A stretch of 64,000 nucleotides of DNA, taken from NCBI GenBank assembly GCA_965261255.1, contig CBDHCQ010000004.1, forward strand, positions 78,597-142,596, written 5' to 3'. Position 1 is the stretch's first letter, and the number at the start of each line of letters is the position of its first letter. The DNA comes from Rhodothermales bacterium (GTDB lineage: Bacteria > Bacteroidota > Rhodothermia > Rhodothermales > Bin80). A program made the position numbers and the translations under genes. Below, in pieces: positions 51,416 through 61,500 of the stretch. The notes below the pieces were generated by a model that was given only the letters and a program-made list of their open reading frames with translations, did no database searches and was not told where the DNA came from.

Positions 51416-52177
51416 CTACTCCTTCTTCCGACTTACCACGAGAAATCCAGCATAATGCTCTCCCGAGATACTCGGATGCTCACGAGTGTAAAGTGTACTG
51501 ATTGCTCCGTCTAGGTAGAGTGCGTCGGCCATACCCGCAGTATCTCGAAACCAGGTTGCAAAGTCATTAAGATTTACTGCCCCGTTGCTGATCGCAAGTA
51601 TCGCATGTCCATTTGGAGATACTCCGATCCCGCTACGTAGGCGACAGTTTTTGGAGCCTGGCGTGAAGGCCGGATGTATCTGGTTGTCTTGCAGGATAAG
51701 GGGACCTGACTGCAACGCATAGTCTACGTCAGCATTTCCTGTGCCAAAGTGCGTAGCCTCTTCAATGCCAAAAAGGCCGTCTCGAACGAAAAACACACCG
51801 TTGGGCTTCATATAGAAGTTTCCATAACCGTCGTTAAGGTTTAACGGTTGCAATTCTTGGCCGTTTTCAACGTAGAGTCCGGTAGGCACAAGTCCGGGTT
51901 CAAAAATGCCGCCGTTGGTTACCGCAACTATAGAGTGACCAGTGTTTTCGAGCCACTCAACCAGATTGTTTATGGTTTTGAAGGGTTCGTCAGTTTCAGG
52001 GCTTTTCCAGTGCAGGGTGATGTTGTGCAGTGCAGGGTTGATGTGCACCGTGTCATAAGGTTGTGATGGATCCAGGCCACAAGGCCGATTTTGTATTGCC
52101 TGCCTGAGTGAACCGCAGCCCGACAGCAGCAAGGCTATCAATACGAAAATACATATCCATGCCAATCGACAACGCAT
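51416..52177 (-). CDS. phosphodiester glycosidase family protein (DUF2233-like)
   Basis: Lipoprotein signal LLLSGCGS. TNGGIFEPGLVPTGLYVENGQ...NFYMKPNGVFFV...RSGIGVSPNG is typical of DUF2233. Confidence 0.7.
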   Translation of the reverse strand: MRCRLAWICIFVLIALLLSGCGSLRQAIQNRPCGLDPSQPYDTVHINPALHNITLHWKSPETDEPFKTINNLVEWLENTGHSIVAVTNGGIFEPGLVPTGLYVENGQELQPLNLNDGYGNFYMKPNGVFFVRDGLFGIEEATHFGTGNADVDYALQSGPLILQDNQIHPAFTPGSKNCRLRSGIGVSPNGHAILAISNGAVNLNDFATWFRDTAGMADALYLDGAISTLYTREHPSISGEHYAGFLVVSRKKE

Positions 52178-52807
52178 TTATTGTCGTTCGTATAACCTCA
52201 CGCTCCACAGTACGGATTTGTCGAACTGCACAGGGACAAAGCCATTATCAGCCAGACTCTGATCTACATAGTCTGGATCGTGGTAATAAACTCGAAATGC
52301 GTGTTGTCGCACGCGCTGCACGAGATTGAAGGCCGAGATTGCGCCTCTTGACCACCAAGCCCGGCGCGGGAAAGACATGCAGATACGCCATTTGGCTCGT
52401 GTACACGCTTGATCAAGCAGACTGGCAACATTTTCATAGCAGCAGATCACGCGGTCCATTGTAACGATATCTGCGTCTGACAAGGTTGATGCGATTTCAA
52501 CAAAATCCCCGTGATGGGTATTGATGCGGTCTGCATGCTTTTGTCGCCGGGCCTCTTTGAGCAAGGCTTGCTGGTAGGCATGAGAGGCGTCTACAACGGT
52601 CACATGTTTCGCACCGAGCAACAAGGCGCCGTGGGTGACGGCACCTACGCCTGCTCCCACATCAATGAAACTCCTGTTACGAATGTCCCCTAGTGCACGC
52701 AGTATCTTGCGTGTCGCGGGTAGCGGGCCGAAGCGTCTGTACCGGCGAAGGTCGCGCTTAGCGTGGGTAGCACTAAAGAAATTGTCGGCAGCGGCACAGC
52801 AGTTCAT
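52178..52807 (-). CDS. class I SAM-dependent methyltransferase
   Basis: Motif I FIDVGAGVGAVT, then acidic VTVVDAS. Its stop abuts the start of the downstream gene. Confidence 0.8.
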   Translation of the reverse strand: MNCCAAADNFFSATHAKRDLRRYRRFGPLPATRKILRALGDIRNRSFIDVGAGVGAVTHGALLLGAKHVTVVDASHAYQQALLKEARRQKHADRINTHHGDFVEIASTLSDADIVTMDRVICCYENVASLLDQACTRAKWRICMSFPRRAWWSRGAISAFNLVQRVRQHAFRVYYHDPDYVDQSLADNGFVPVQFDKSVLWSVRLYERQ

Positions 52808-52863
52808 CGGAAGTGTGTGGATTTCTATGGCAAGTTACGTAAATGACCGGGTAGATAACCTTC

Positions 52864-53175
52864 ACATGCTGTGTAGAGATTCCTGTGCCAGTGGGTTGGA
52901 GTATTTCCGGGAAAATGTTTGTACGACCAAGGCAGAAACCACAGGATCCGCTGCCTCGGAATCCTCATCATATGCACCGTAGTTTCTGATGTGAGGATAA
53001 GTCATCACCATGATCTGCCCGCGATATAGGGGATCCGTACGAATCTCATGATAGTCCGTAGCGCTTGTATTAGAGCAGAGCGCTCCTCCATGTTCATCAC
53101 CGGCACCAATTGCTCTACCGTTGACTACAGCATCGTCGGCCGATGCAAGCTCTGAAGGTAGTAGAATAAACTCAT
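52864..53175 (-). pseudogene. carA: fragment of carbamoyl-phosphate synthase small subunit (carA N-terminal domain)
   Basis: My hand translation of the minus strand gives ...VVNGRAIGAGDEHGGALCSNTSATDYHEIRTDPLYRGQIMVMTYPHIRNYGAYDEDSEA...SNPLAQESLHSM*. This is collinear with CarA [42 protein letters not shown].ES. There is no in-frame start (the ATG near 53172 is in another frame) and the glutaminase domain is missing. Confidence 0.65.
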
Positions 53176-53383
53176 ATCACGGTAGTCTCTTACCCACAAA
53201 AGCTCCCTCTCTACACCGACTCTCAAAGACTGGCAGACCGTGTCCATTCTTGGCCTCAAAACCACACGTTTGCGCCAATCAAAAGTCTTTGTATTCTTCT
53301 GCCCTCTTCCCGAGTCTATCAATTTCAACAAGGCTCACTACGACGGGGGCTGGAAAGCCAGCCTTACCCACAGGACAGAGTCC

Positions 53384-54562
53384 TTATGCAACAGGATTAC
53401 TGGTCTCGCTCAAAATCCGACAATACTCGTCATACGCGTAGACACGATTCCTCCTCTTCCCGGTTATCTCTTTCACGATGCCTATGTTTTGAAGGTGCCT
53501 AACGGCGCTGTTCACTGTAGGTAACGAAAGGCCGGCACTTTTGGCGGCATATGATGCCGGAAGCATCGGATGCTCCTGCAGCAACCTATGTACCCGTAGT
53601 GGTGATCCCGCAAGCTTCCCCGACTGTTTAATCTTTTCATGATCTCTCTCGAACAACACAAGAACTTTTTTTGCAGTTTCGATGGCGTGCTCCGACGTAT
53701 AGATCACGCCGTCCAAAAAGAATTCAAGCCATGTTTCCCAATCACCATGTGAGCATACGCGCTGTAATAGCTCGTAATAACGGGACCTATGTGTGTTGAA
53801 ATACAGGCTGAGGTAGAGAATAGGATGTCTGAGAAGCCCACTCGTCCACAATAAGAATGTAATCAGCAACCTTCCCAAGCGCCCATTCCCATCCAGGAAT
53901 GGATGGATTATCTCAAATTGAACATGCATCAGGCCTGTCTTAACCAGCGTGGGGTATTCGGGGTAATCTGTATGAATAAATTTCTCCAGATCGCTCATCA
54001 AATCAGCAACATGTCTAGGAGGAGGAGGAACATACAGGGCATTCCCTGGACGCGATCCTCCGATCCAATTATGCGACCGTCTAAATTCCCCAGGGAGTTT
54101 TGTGCTGCCACGACCCTTGGAAAGGAGTATTCCATGTATTTCCCGCATCAAGCGCTGACTTAAGGGGAAACCTTCTTCGATACGTTTTAGTCCGTGATCC
54201 ATCGCAGCCACATAGTTGGACACCGCCTGCACATTATCCAGGGACACTCGGGGTGCACCGTCAACTTCGAAAAGTAGGAGATCAGATAATGATGACCGGA
54301 TTCCTTCAATTTGTGATGACAACAACGCCTCCTGCCTGACATACGAGTGCTGGAAGATTGGGTGATCGGGCAAAATTGCTGTCATGCCATCTAGTCTCCC
54401 GATGACCAAATGGGCCTTTTCTAATTTGGCGGTTAACATCTCCATGTTAACTCGTGGCACTGGTGGAAGCGGCGGTGGCAAATATGCTTTAACCAGTTCC
54501 CCTCCCACAGATGAAATGACGACCTCACTTCCTATTCGAGACCGCACCTTGTGATGATGCAT
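53384..54562 (-). CDS. Fic-family protein with C-terminal winged-helix domain
   Basis: Fic motif HPFLDGNGRLGRLL. C-terminal LPTVNSAVRHLQNIGIVKEITGKRRNRVYAY is wHTH-like. Confidence 0.93.
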   Translation of the reverse strand: MHHHKVRSRIGSEVVISSVGGELVKAYLPPPLPPVPRVNMEMLTAKLEKAHLVIGRLDGMTAILPDHPIFQHSYVRQEALLSSQIEGIRSSLSDLLLFEVDGAPRVSLDNVQAVSNYVAAMDHGLKRIEEGFPLSQRLMREIHGILLSKGRGSTKLPGEFRRSHNWIGGSRPGNALYVPPPPRHVADLMSDLEKFIHTDYPEYPTLVKTGLMHVQFEIIHPFLDGNGRLGRLLITFLLWTSGLLRHPILYLSLYFNTHRSRYYELLQRVCSHGDWETWLEFFLDGVIYTSEHAIETAKKVLVLFERDHEKIKQSGKLAGSPLRVHRLLQEHPMLPASYAAKSAGLSLPTVNSAVRHLQNIGIVKEITGKRRNRVYAYDEYCRILSETSNPVA

Positions 54563-54566
54563 GCAA

Positions 54567-54811
54567 AATCAAGAAATTTAGTTTTGATTTATATAAAATA
54601 AAGAAAACGGTATAATTTTTATTTAAATTCTGCTGGCTGTTACTCCACCATAATCAGGGACGGAAGGAGGATGAGCCCAAGCCCTGCTTTGGGGGCAAGA
54701 TCATGGCCCCGCGGAGACGGGACACAAATGACGATGTTATGGGAATAATCAAGAAGATTAAATTTGATTTAAATATAATAAAGAAATCTGGATATTCTTT
54801 ATTATTGAATT
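54567..54811. repeat. two ~64-bp AT-rich direct repeats (54567-54630 and 54747-54811), each starting with the palindrome AATCAA-N11-TTGATT
   Basis: My ungapped hand alignment gives roughly three quarters identity. Palindrome arms lie at 54567-54572/54584-54589 and 54747-54752/54764-54769. Copy 1 begins 5 nt upstream of the Fic ATG. Confidence 0.8.
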
Positions 54812-55090
54812 AGGTGCGATGCTGGTCGGTTACATTCTTGGGGTCGAAATCCATTCGACTCTAGCCTGTGCCACAATTCAGCAGCCGATGCTATTTACTT
54901 CTATCCTAAAAGACTTGATTTATACTGAGTGCTACCGGAGCGAATTGTCCTCAAAAAAAGATGAAGAATTACCGCGCGCAACGACAAAAAGCGGGAACCC
55001 AGATAGATAAATCCTCTAATATTCCGCCAAGTAATACACAATGGGTTATACTTTGGCAGTTCAATCGGTAAAATTCGGAAAAGTAAGTAT

Positions 55091-56479
55091 ATGGCTACCA
55101 TCGGAAGTGTGGAGAATCCTGCCAGGATCGCCATAATTGGAGCGGGACCTGCAGGATTTTATGCAGCGGGACACCTGCTTAGGCAAAAGTCTGAGGTTGT
55201 TACGGTAGACCTATTTGATAAACTACCGGTCCCTTACGGACTCGTCCGTAGTGGCGTTGCTCCTGATCACCAGAAGATCAAAAACGTCACGCGTGTTTAT
55301 GCGAAAACTGCTGCGCAGGATGGCTTTCGTTTTTTTGGTAACGTAGAATACGGGGCTGACATACATCTGGAAGATCTGAAAAGGCATTATCATCAGGTCT
55401 GTTTCTCAACAGGTGCACAGGTTGATCGTAGGCTCAATGTTCCAGGAGAAGACCTGGATCGCAGTTATTCAGCGACGGATTTTGTTGCCTGGTATAACGG
55501 TCATCCCGATTATCGTCACTTGGAGTTCGATCTTTCGAGACGTTGTATTGCTGTGGTAGGGGTGGGGAATGTGGCTGTGGACGTTTGTCGCATATTGTGC
55601 AGAACGATTGATGAACTGAAAAAAACGGATATAGCAGATTATGCCCTGGAGGCACTGGCTAAAAGCAAAGTACGCGAGGTGTATATGTTGGGGCGAAGGG
55701 GCCCCGCTCAGGCTGCTTTTACACATCCGGAGGCCAAGGAGTTGGGGCAGTTGCCTGGGGCAGATATTGCTGTTCCTGAAGCGGAGGCACAGTTGGATCC
55801 AGCCTCTGAGGTGTGGATGTCTGCGCATAGAGATCGATTAACAGCCAAGAAGGTTGAAATCATTCAGACCTTCGCGAGCCAGCCCAGTGAGGGTAAACCA
55901 CGTCTGCTGACCTTGCGATTTTTGGTTTCTCCAGAGATACTGCATGATGATGGTTCAGGTGGAGTGGGTAGCTTGACGCTTCGACACAACATGCTAGTAG
56001 AGCAGGGTAGCCGTTTGAGCCCTCAGCCAACAGACATCACGGAAAAATTACCAGCAGAAGTTGTATTTCGATCGGTAGGCTACCGGGGGGTAGCACTACC
56101 GGGATTACCTTTCAGAGAAGATTGGGCAGTGATTCCGAGCGATCAAGGTAGGGTATGTGGAGGTGAAGTTACCCGTGGTGTTTATGTGGGAGGCTGGATC
56201 AAGCGGGGTCCGACGGGTGTGATCGGGACGAATAAGCCTGACGCGCAGGAAACAGTTCGCGGTATGCTAGAAGATTTAGCGGCCGGGCACAGCTTCAATC
56301 CCGAGTTTACAGCACCTGAATCGGTGAATCAACTACTTCAGCGTAGATGTGACAGCGTGTTTTCCTGGGAGGATTGGGTGGAGTTAGACCGCTTGGAAAT
56401 CGCTGCCGGCGAGGCGCAGGGACGCCCGCGTGTTAAGTTCATCTCGATCGAAAGTATGCTTAAGGCACTTGGTCGCTAG
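55091..56479 (+). CDS. FprA/adrenodoxin-reductase-type ferredoxin-NADP(+) reductase
   Basis: IAIIGAGPAGFYAA, LPVPYGLVRSGVAPDHQKIKNV, second Rossmann AVVGVGNVAVDV, GWIKRGPTGVIGTNK. Confidence 0.85.
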   Translation: MATIGSVENPARIAIIGAGPAGFYAAGHLLRQKSEVVTVDLFDKLPVPYGLVRSGVAPDHQKIKNVTRVYAKTAAQDGFRFFGNVEYGADIHLEDLKRHYHQVCFSTGAQVDRRLNVPGEDLDRSYSATDFVAWYNGHPDYRHLEFDLSRRCIAVVGVGNVAVDVCRILCRTIDELKKTDIADYALEALAKSKVREVYMLGRRGPAQAAFTHPEAKELGQLPGADIAVPEAEAQLDPASEVWMSAHRDRLTAKKVEIIQTFASQPSEGKPRLLTLRFLVSPEILHDDGSGGVGSLTLRHNMLVEQGSRLSPQPTDITEKLPAEVVFRSVGYRGVALPGLPFREDWAVIPSDQGRVCGGEVTRGVYVGGWIKRGPTGVIGTNKPDAQETVRGMLEDLAAGHSFNPEFTAPESVNQLLQRRCDSVFSWEDWVELDRLEIAAGEAQGRPRVKFISIESMLKALGR

Positions 56480-57345
56480 GAATCAGGGGGCTGTTGTGAT
56501 TGACGCGGAAGTATTTCCAAGGGTAACAACGGCTACGTGCTGGAATGTCTCTGGTGCTGCTGAGCATACAGACACAATAGGGTGGGTTGCGACATGCCGT
56601 TCTCTACCAAAACATCATCATGGGTGATGCCATGGTCGTATGTGTACAGGTAACATACCTTGTTGACCACCGACACATGAAAGTTTCACCGGTAAGAAAT
56701 GTAATTATTGCTGAACGAGCAGCCGGCCGATAAATTGAACTTCCACCGTATCTGTTACAGGGAACTGAAAAGATTTTATAGTAAGCCTATCCCGGCTGGC
56801 TGAGCTACAATGGCATGAGATCACCAACCAACCAACCGAGAATAGACCTATGCGAAATTACATATCCTGACTTCGACAGGTTGCAACTCTTTGAAGGCAG
56901 GATACAATTCCCCCAATCTGCAAGATGTGTGAAATAATGTTGATCAAACTAAACTGTGTCAGACCAAACCACTATGTGTCGCAACACCGCGGTCGCGCGA
57001 ATTGGTCGGCTTTTTGTGGGCAGCACGGCACTTGGAAAATCCATTGATCACCCCCAATTTCTATGCATCTGCAATCTCGGCCACTACGGTATTCACTTCA
57101 TCTACTGCAGCCAGTATCCCTGGCGTAACCCTGCAAGTTTATGGCATTCGCCTTACCCTCCTAGCTAACGGCATTTGTCCGAATAAACCTCGGTGGAAAA
57201 TCAATAGAGGCCCGATCAAACATTGAGACAGCAAGACGCTCTTGCCCGTACCATTCTATGTGACCAGCACAACAGGCTCAGGCCTGCCTCCATAAAGTTG
57301 CGATAATAATTTGTAGGACGCATCAGACCGTCCCAGATGCGGTGC

Positions 57346-58086
57346 CTAGTGCCAGATCCTGCTTCTTCGTTGGGTCCGAGAGAGATCGTGTTCAAAGTAT
57401 CGTTTGAACACTTCGTTTTCTTGGTATTCCATAGGATTCACCCTGAGTGCTTCAAGGCGACCTACCAGCCCGGCAATCCAGTCAGCCGCCTGGAGATTCT
57501 GATAGCGTTCGCTTTCCAGTTGAAACGGTTGCTCAATAAGACGCTTTCGCTGGTTGGGCCGCCCGTACATACTTTGAGCAGCTTGGGTCAGCAGACTGGA
57601 CCGCCTGCTGTGTTCATCCATCAGCAGCACAAAATTTTCGGGAGGCGTGCAGTCTTTCTCACAGAACTGGTCAATACGCTTGATCGATTCCCGAAGCACG
57701 CTCTTGTACAATGCAGTCGAATTGTGTACTTCAGGCGGCTCGGTCTTCTTTCGCCCAAAGTAGAATACGAAACCGTCGAACTGGCGAATGGTTTTGAGGA
57801 ATCGAATGGTGAAGTTGCGGAGCTGGTAATAGCTTTTCACGTTTTTCACCGTGTAAAGGCGGGCTCCTTTCTTTTCCCACTGCCATGCTGGCTTCTGGGA
57901 CCGGCTGATTTCCCAGGCAAGGAGCGCACATTTTCTCTGGAAGAACCAACTGCCGAAGCGACGTACGTTGTCAGCAGGCATGACAAACCCGGCAAGCCCG
58001 AACACGGGACTCGCGTTGTGGCGCGGATGCTTCCGGCTCACGAAAGGGCCATCGTGTCCAAATTCGTCAAGGTAGGCGAAATACAT
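57346..58086 (-). CDS. DUF3800-domain protein
   Basis: N-terminal MYFAYLDEFGH (the DE.G start of DUF3800) and C-terminal LQAADWIAGLVGR (the Q.AD motif). Start at ATG 58086. Preferred over the longer antisense ORF 57337..58254. Confidence 0.7.
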   Translation of the reverse strand: MYFAYLDEFGHDGPFVSRKHPRHNASPVFGLAGFVMPADNVRRFGSWFFQRKCALLAWEISRSQKPAWQWEKKGARLYTVKNVKSYYQLRNFTIRFLKTIRQFDGFVFYFGRKKTEPPEVHNSTALYKSVLRESIKRIDQFCEKDCTPPENFVLLMDEHSRRSSLLTQAAQSMYGRPNQRKRLIEQPFQLESERYQNLQAADWIAGLVGRLEALRVNPMEYQENEVFKRYFEHDLSRTQRRSRIWH

Positions 58087-58596
58087 CGGAGAGGGGTCCA
58101 GACACACGAAAGCCCATGCCAAAGCACGGGCCCGGAAAGAGGGCAACGCCAAAAGCGTGGCACCTCGGAAGCGATATACGGAAACGTGTCGTCAGGGTTC
58201 CAGTCAGGGAGTGTTAATTGCACGGGCATGTCCGGCTGCACTACAGTCCGCTAGGAAAACTTGCCATAATCCCGGATGACACAATATTGATCGTTTGTTT
58301 TGCCCTTTTCCGACGTCTATCACGCGGTTTGGAAGCAGTATGATGCCGGCCTGGGCGCAAGCCTGGGAGGGAGACGCATCTCCAGTAGCCACCGTTCGGG
58401 GAAAACACAGGGGCGAATAAGCGAGTTGCGATTGCAAAAAAGTGTCCATCAACCGAATTGGGAAATGATTGGAACAGCGCCCAGTACAGCAAGGCATCAG
58501 GGGCAGGTGCTGGAGAAGATACTTGCTCTGTAACAGCTAATACGGAAAGGCTGCCTCCCATTCGGGTCGAGGCCCCGGGAAGCAGGTTGTCAAGCG

Positions 58597-61500
58597 CTAC
58601 TTGAGGATCGTCATTTGTCCGATATGTATTTCGGTGGCGGTGGCCGTGGTGGCGCGCACACGATATGGATACGTTCCAGAGGCGAGGGAGGCAGCGGCAA
58701 TTCTGATCAAGCGCCCGTGACCAGCCTCAAGATCTTGGGGCATAGTGCGCAGGACAGCGCGGCCGAGCACGTCAAACACCTCTACGGTAACCTTTGCGTC
58801 CGCCGGCAAATCCATCAGGATGGTTGTGCTCGGATTGAATGGATTCGGATAGTTACCGTGCAATACGAATTGCTGCGGAAGCTCGGTTGGACTTTCGGTT
58901 CCGGTTACGGCTGCAGGGTAAAGAATCGTGCCGTCGGCCAGTACGCCTATCATGGTCAGGCCTTCTCGTGCCGACGTTCCACTGCCGGAAAGACCAAGCA
59001 TAAAGGCTTGCTGCGCGAGACCACTCAGGTCAAACTGGAACACGTTGATCAAACGGCCATCGGTGGCTGCGGTCACTTCAATGTCGTGTAATCCGGGGGA
59101 AATCGTCGCGTAATGGCTCGAAGCACCGTACGAAGCATTGTCCAGGAGCACCACCGCGTCAGCCCCCGGCTGCAACAAGTGGACATCCACCGCGTCCAAA
59201 TCCCGGGCACCATGCGCCACATAAAACGTGGCTTGGTCTTCAACGGAATGGCTTTTCCGCACGCCGTCCACAATTACGAGGTTCACGTCTTCGCCCTTGC
59301 CATGAGCCAGTATATGGTAATCGGTAGACGTGCTCACGGCTATCGTCTTGGAAATCAACGGTTGAGCGTTGTCGTTTTCGCCACCGGCGACCACGTCAAT
59401 AGTGTGTTCGCCCACCGAGAGCACTTCGAAATCTGAAGCCGACTGGAACGCCCAGTCGTCATGGATGCGCTGACCGTCCAGATATACATCGATGGCGGGT
59501 CCGTCAACATTCTGGATAAACTGGGCTGTGGGAGCCTGCTGGATCGTGCTTTCCCAAAGCGCCTTCGCGTTGTCTGCGTTCTGAAAGAGATCTTCGCGGC
59601 TGCTACCGGTTACCACGGCAAAGGCTACCTGGATTTCTTTTCCCGGATCTATTGTGAATGGGCCCAGTCCCGTAACCTGCGTCCAGTGATCGGCACCGGA
59701 GGCTGGACTCTGGATCCCACCCGTCAAGTACGACCACTTCGTTTGATCCGTCATTTCGGCCCTGTCGCCCAAGGCCCGAAAGTGCACCGGGGCGGTCGCC
59801 GTTAGCGGCATGGTACCTACCGCAAGAGTCGGGTTGGAGGCTGTATTCTGGTTAAAGCCGAAACTCCTGCTCCCGTCGAATCCAACATAGTCCGGGTTCC
59901 TGGACGTATTCAACCCCCAGTTAAACATCAGGCCGACGTGCATGTTTTCCATCGTACGGCCGGTAGGATTGGTCAACGTATACCGTAAAATGACAAAGTC
60001 TTCATTCTCCTCGGCGGTATCGACAAAACTCTCCTGAAGTATCTCTACGCCAATCGGATTGGCTGCACGGCTGTCCACCAACTCCATGCGTCCTTCCTGA
60101 GTCACCAACTGCCCGGGTTCACGTATCTCCAGCCTGGCTCCTTTTTTCGGAATCAAGTCCATGTGCTGACTGGGAATCAAATACCGTCTTTCATCACTGT
60201 AAAAGCCGTCGGACACGGCATCCGAACCGTTGGCCACGACCAAGCTACCCTCGTGCAAAATGGACCGCTCCTGGTTGTTCTCGTCATACATCCAGACGCC
60301 ACGACCCACTCCGCGAAAGCGGGTATCAAGAAATCCAAGATTCCCTTCGGATGTAATGGAGAAGCCCATTGCATCGGTTCTATGAGCGAGCGTTTCTCCC
60401 TCGTTGGCATTCAGCCGCACGATGTCTGCCGCATCGTCGTAAGATCCGTCCCGAGCCCGGGGAGATACAAAGAAGTGCGCCCGGTACGGCGTATTCTCAT
60501 TTAGCCTGAAGCTGGTCGAGATTTCGATGTTCTCTCCCGTTGCCAGGCGGCCGATGCTGATAGGACCCGTGTCAAATTCCACAAACGCCCCGTCCGAAAA
60601 CCACTCTATAGTCAAATTCTCCGTATCGGCCAGATAGTTGGCCATCCTCGCCGTTAATTCCGCGGACTCGCCGGTTTGAAGCACACGCTCGCCACCCGTC
60701 AACTGGTACTCAGTCATGCGTACGGCCGGGAATCCGCTCTCGGTGACAGCGCGAAAGGCATTGACACGGCCACGCCCAAGCAGACCCGCCAGTGAGGCAT
60801 CATTCACGGCATCTATGTTGTCCGCCGTGAGGCGCACCTGCTCACGCACCTGGTGCGGCGTGAAGTGCGGATTTGCCGTCTTGACCAGCGCTGCAATGCC
60901 CGCGACCAGCGGGGATGCAAATGAAGTTCCGAATTCCCTGCCATATGCGTTTCCCGGAAAGGGAACCACTACGTTCCTGCCCGCCGCAAAGACGTTTACG
61001 CTTCTACCGTAATTGTAGAAGTTCACATCCGATTCCGCTAACGTTCCCCCAACGTTCAGGTTGATAGGATAATTGGCCGGGTAGGAAGGGACCTGATCGC
61101 TGTTTAAACCGTTGTTTCCCGCTGCAGCAACTACCAGAGCCCCTTCATCCACAGCAGACTGCATAATCTGCGCTTCCGTATTGGAACCGCCGAAACCCCC
61201 GTAGCTTGCGTTGATAATGTCGGCGCCGTTCAGGGCCGCGTACGTAATGCCCGAGTAGCTACCCACCAAAGGCATGAACCTGGCGTTCCAGCTGGTTCCG
61301 GCTAGGCCAATGCCGTTGTCCGCTTCCGCCAATGCCGCGCCAGACACAGCCACGCCGTGCTCTTCGCCTGAACTACTTGCGAAGCCCGGGACAATCGGCG
61401 AATTCGCACGAAAATCCCAACCGTGCACGTCGTCCACAAATCCGTTTGCATCGTCGTCCACACCGTTATTTGGAATCTCACCCGGATTCGTCCACAACGT

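Noticed and set aside
51416-54830. tRNA-Gln-targeted integrative island
   Set aside because: There is no integrase gene, and I found no direct repeat of the tRNA-Gln 3' end downstream. I kept only the weaker breakpoint interpretation based on the carA fragment.
57337-58254. 305-aa plus-strand ORF, the longest ORF at this locus
   Set aside because: It is antisense to the frame carrying the DUF3800 hallmarks (YLDEFGH start, LQAADWIAG motif). Its own sequence is low-complexity and Pro/Arg/Gly-biased with no recognisable motif.
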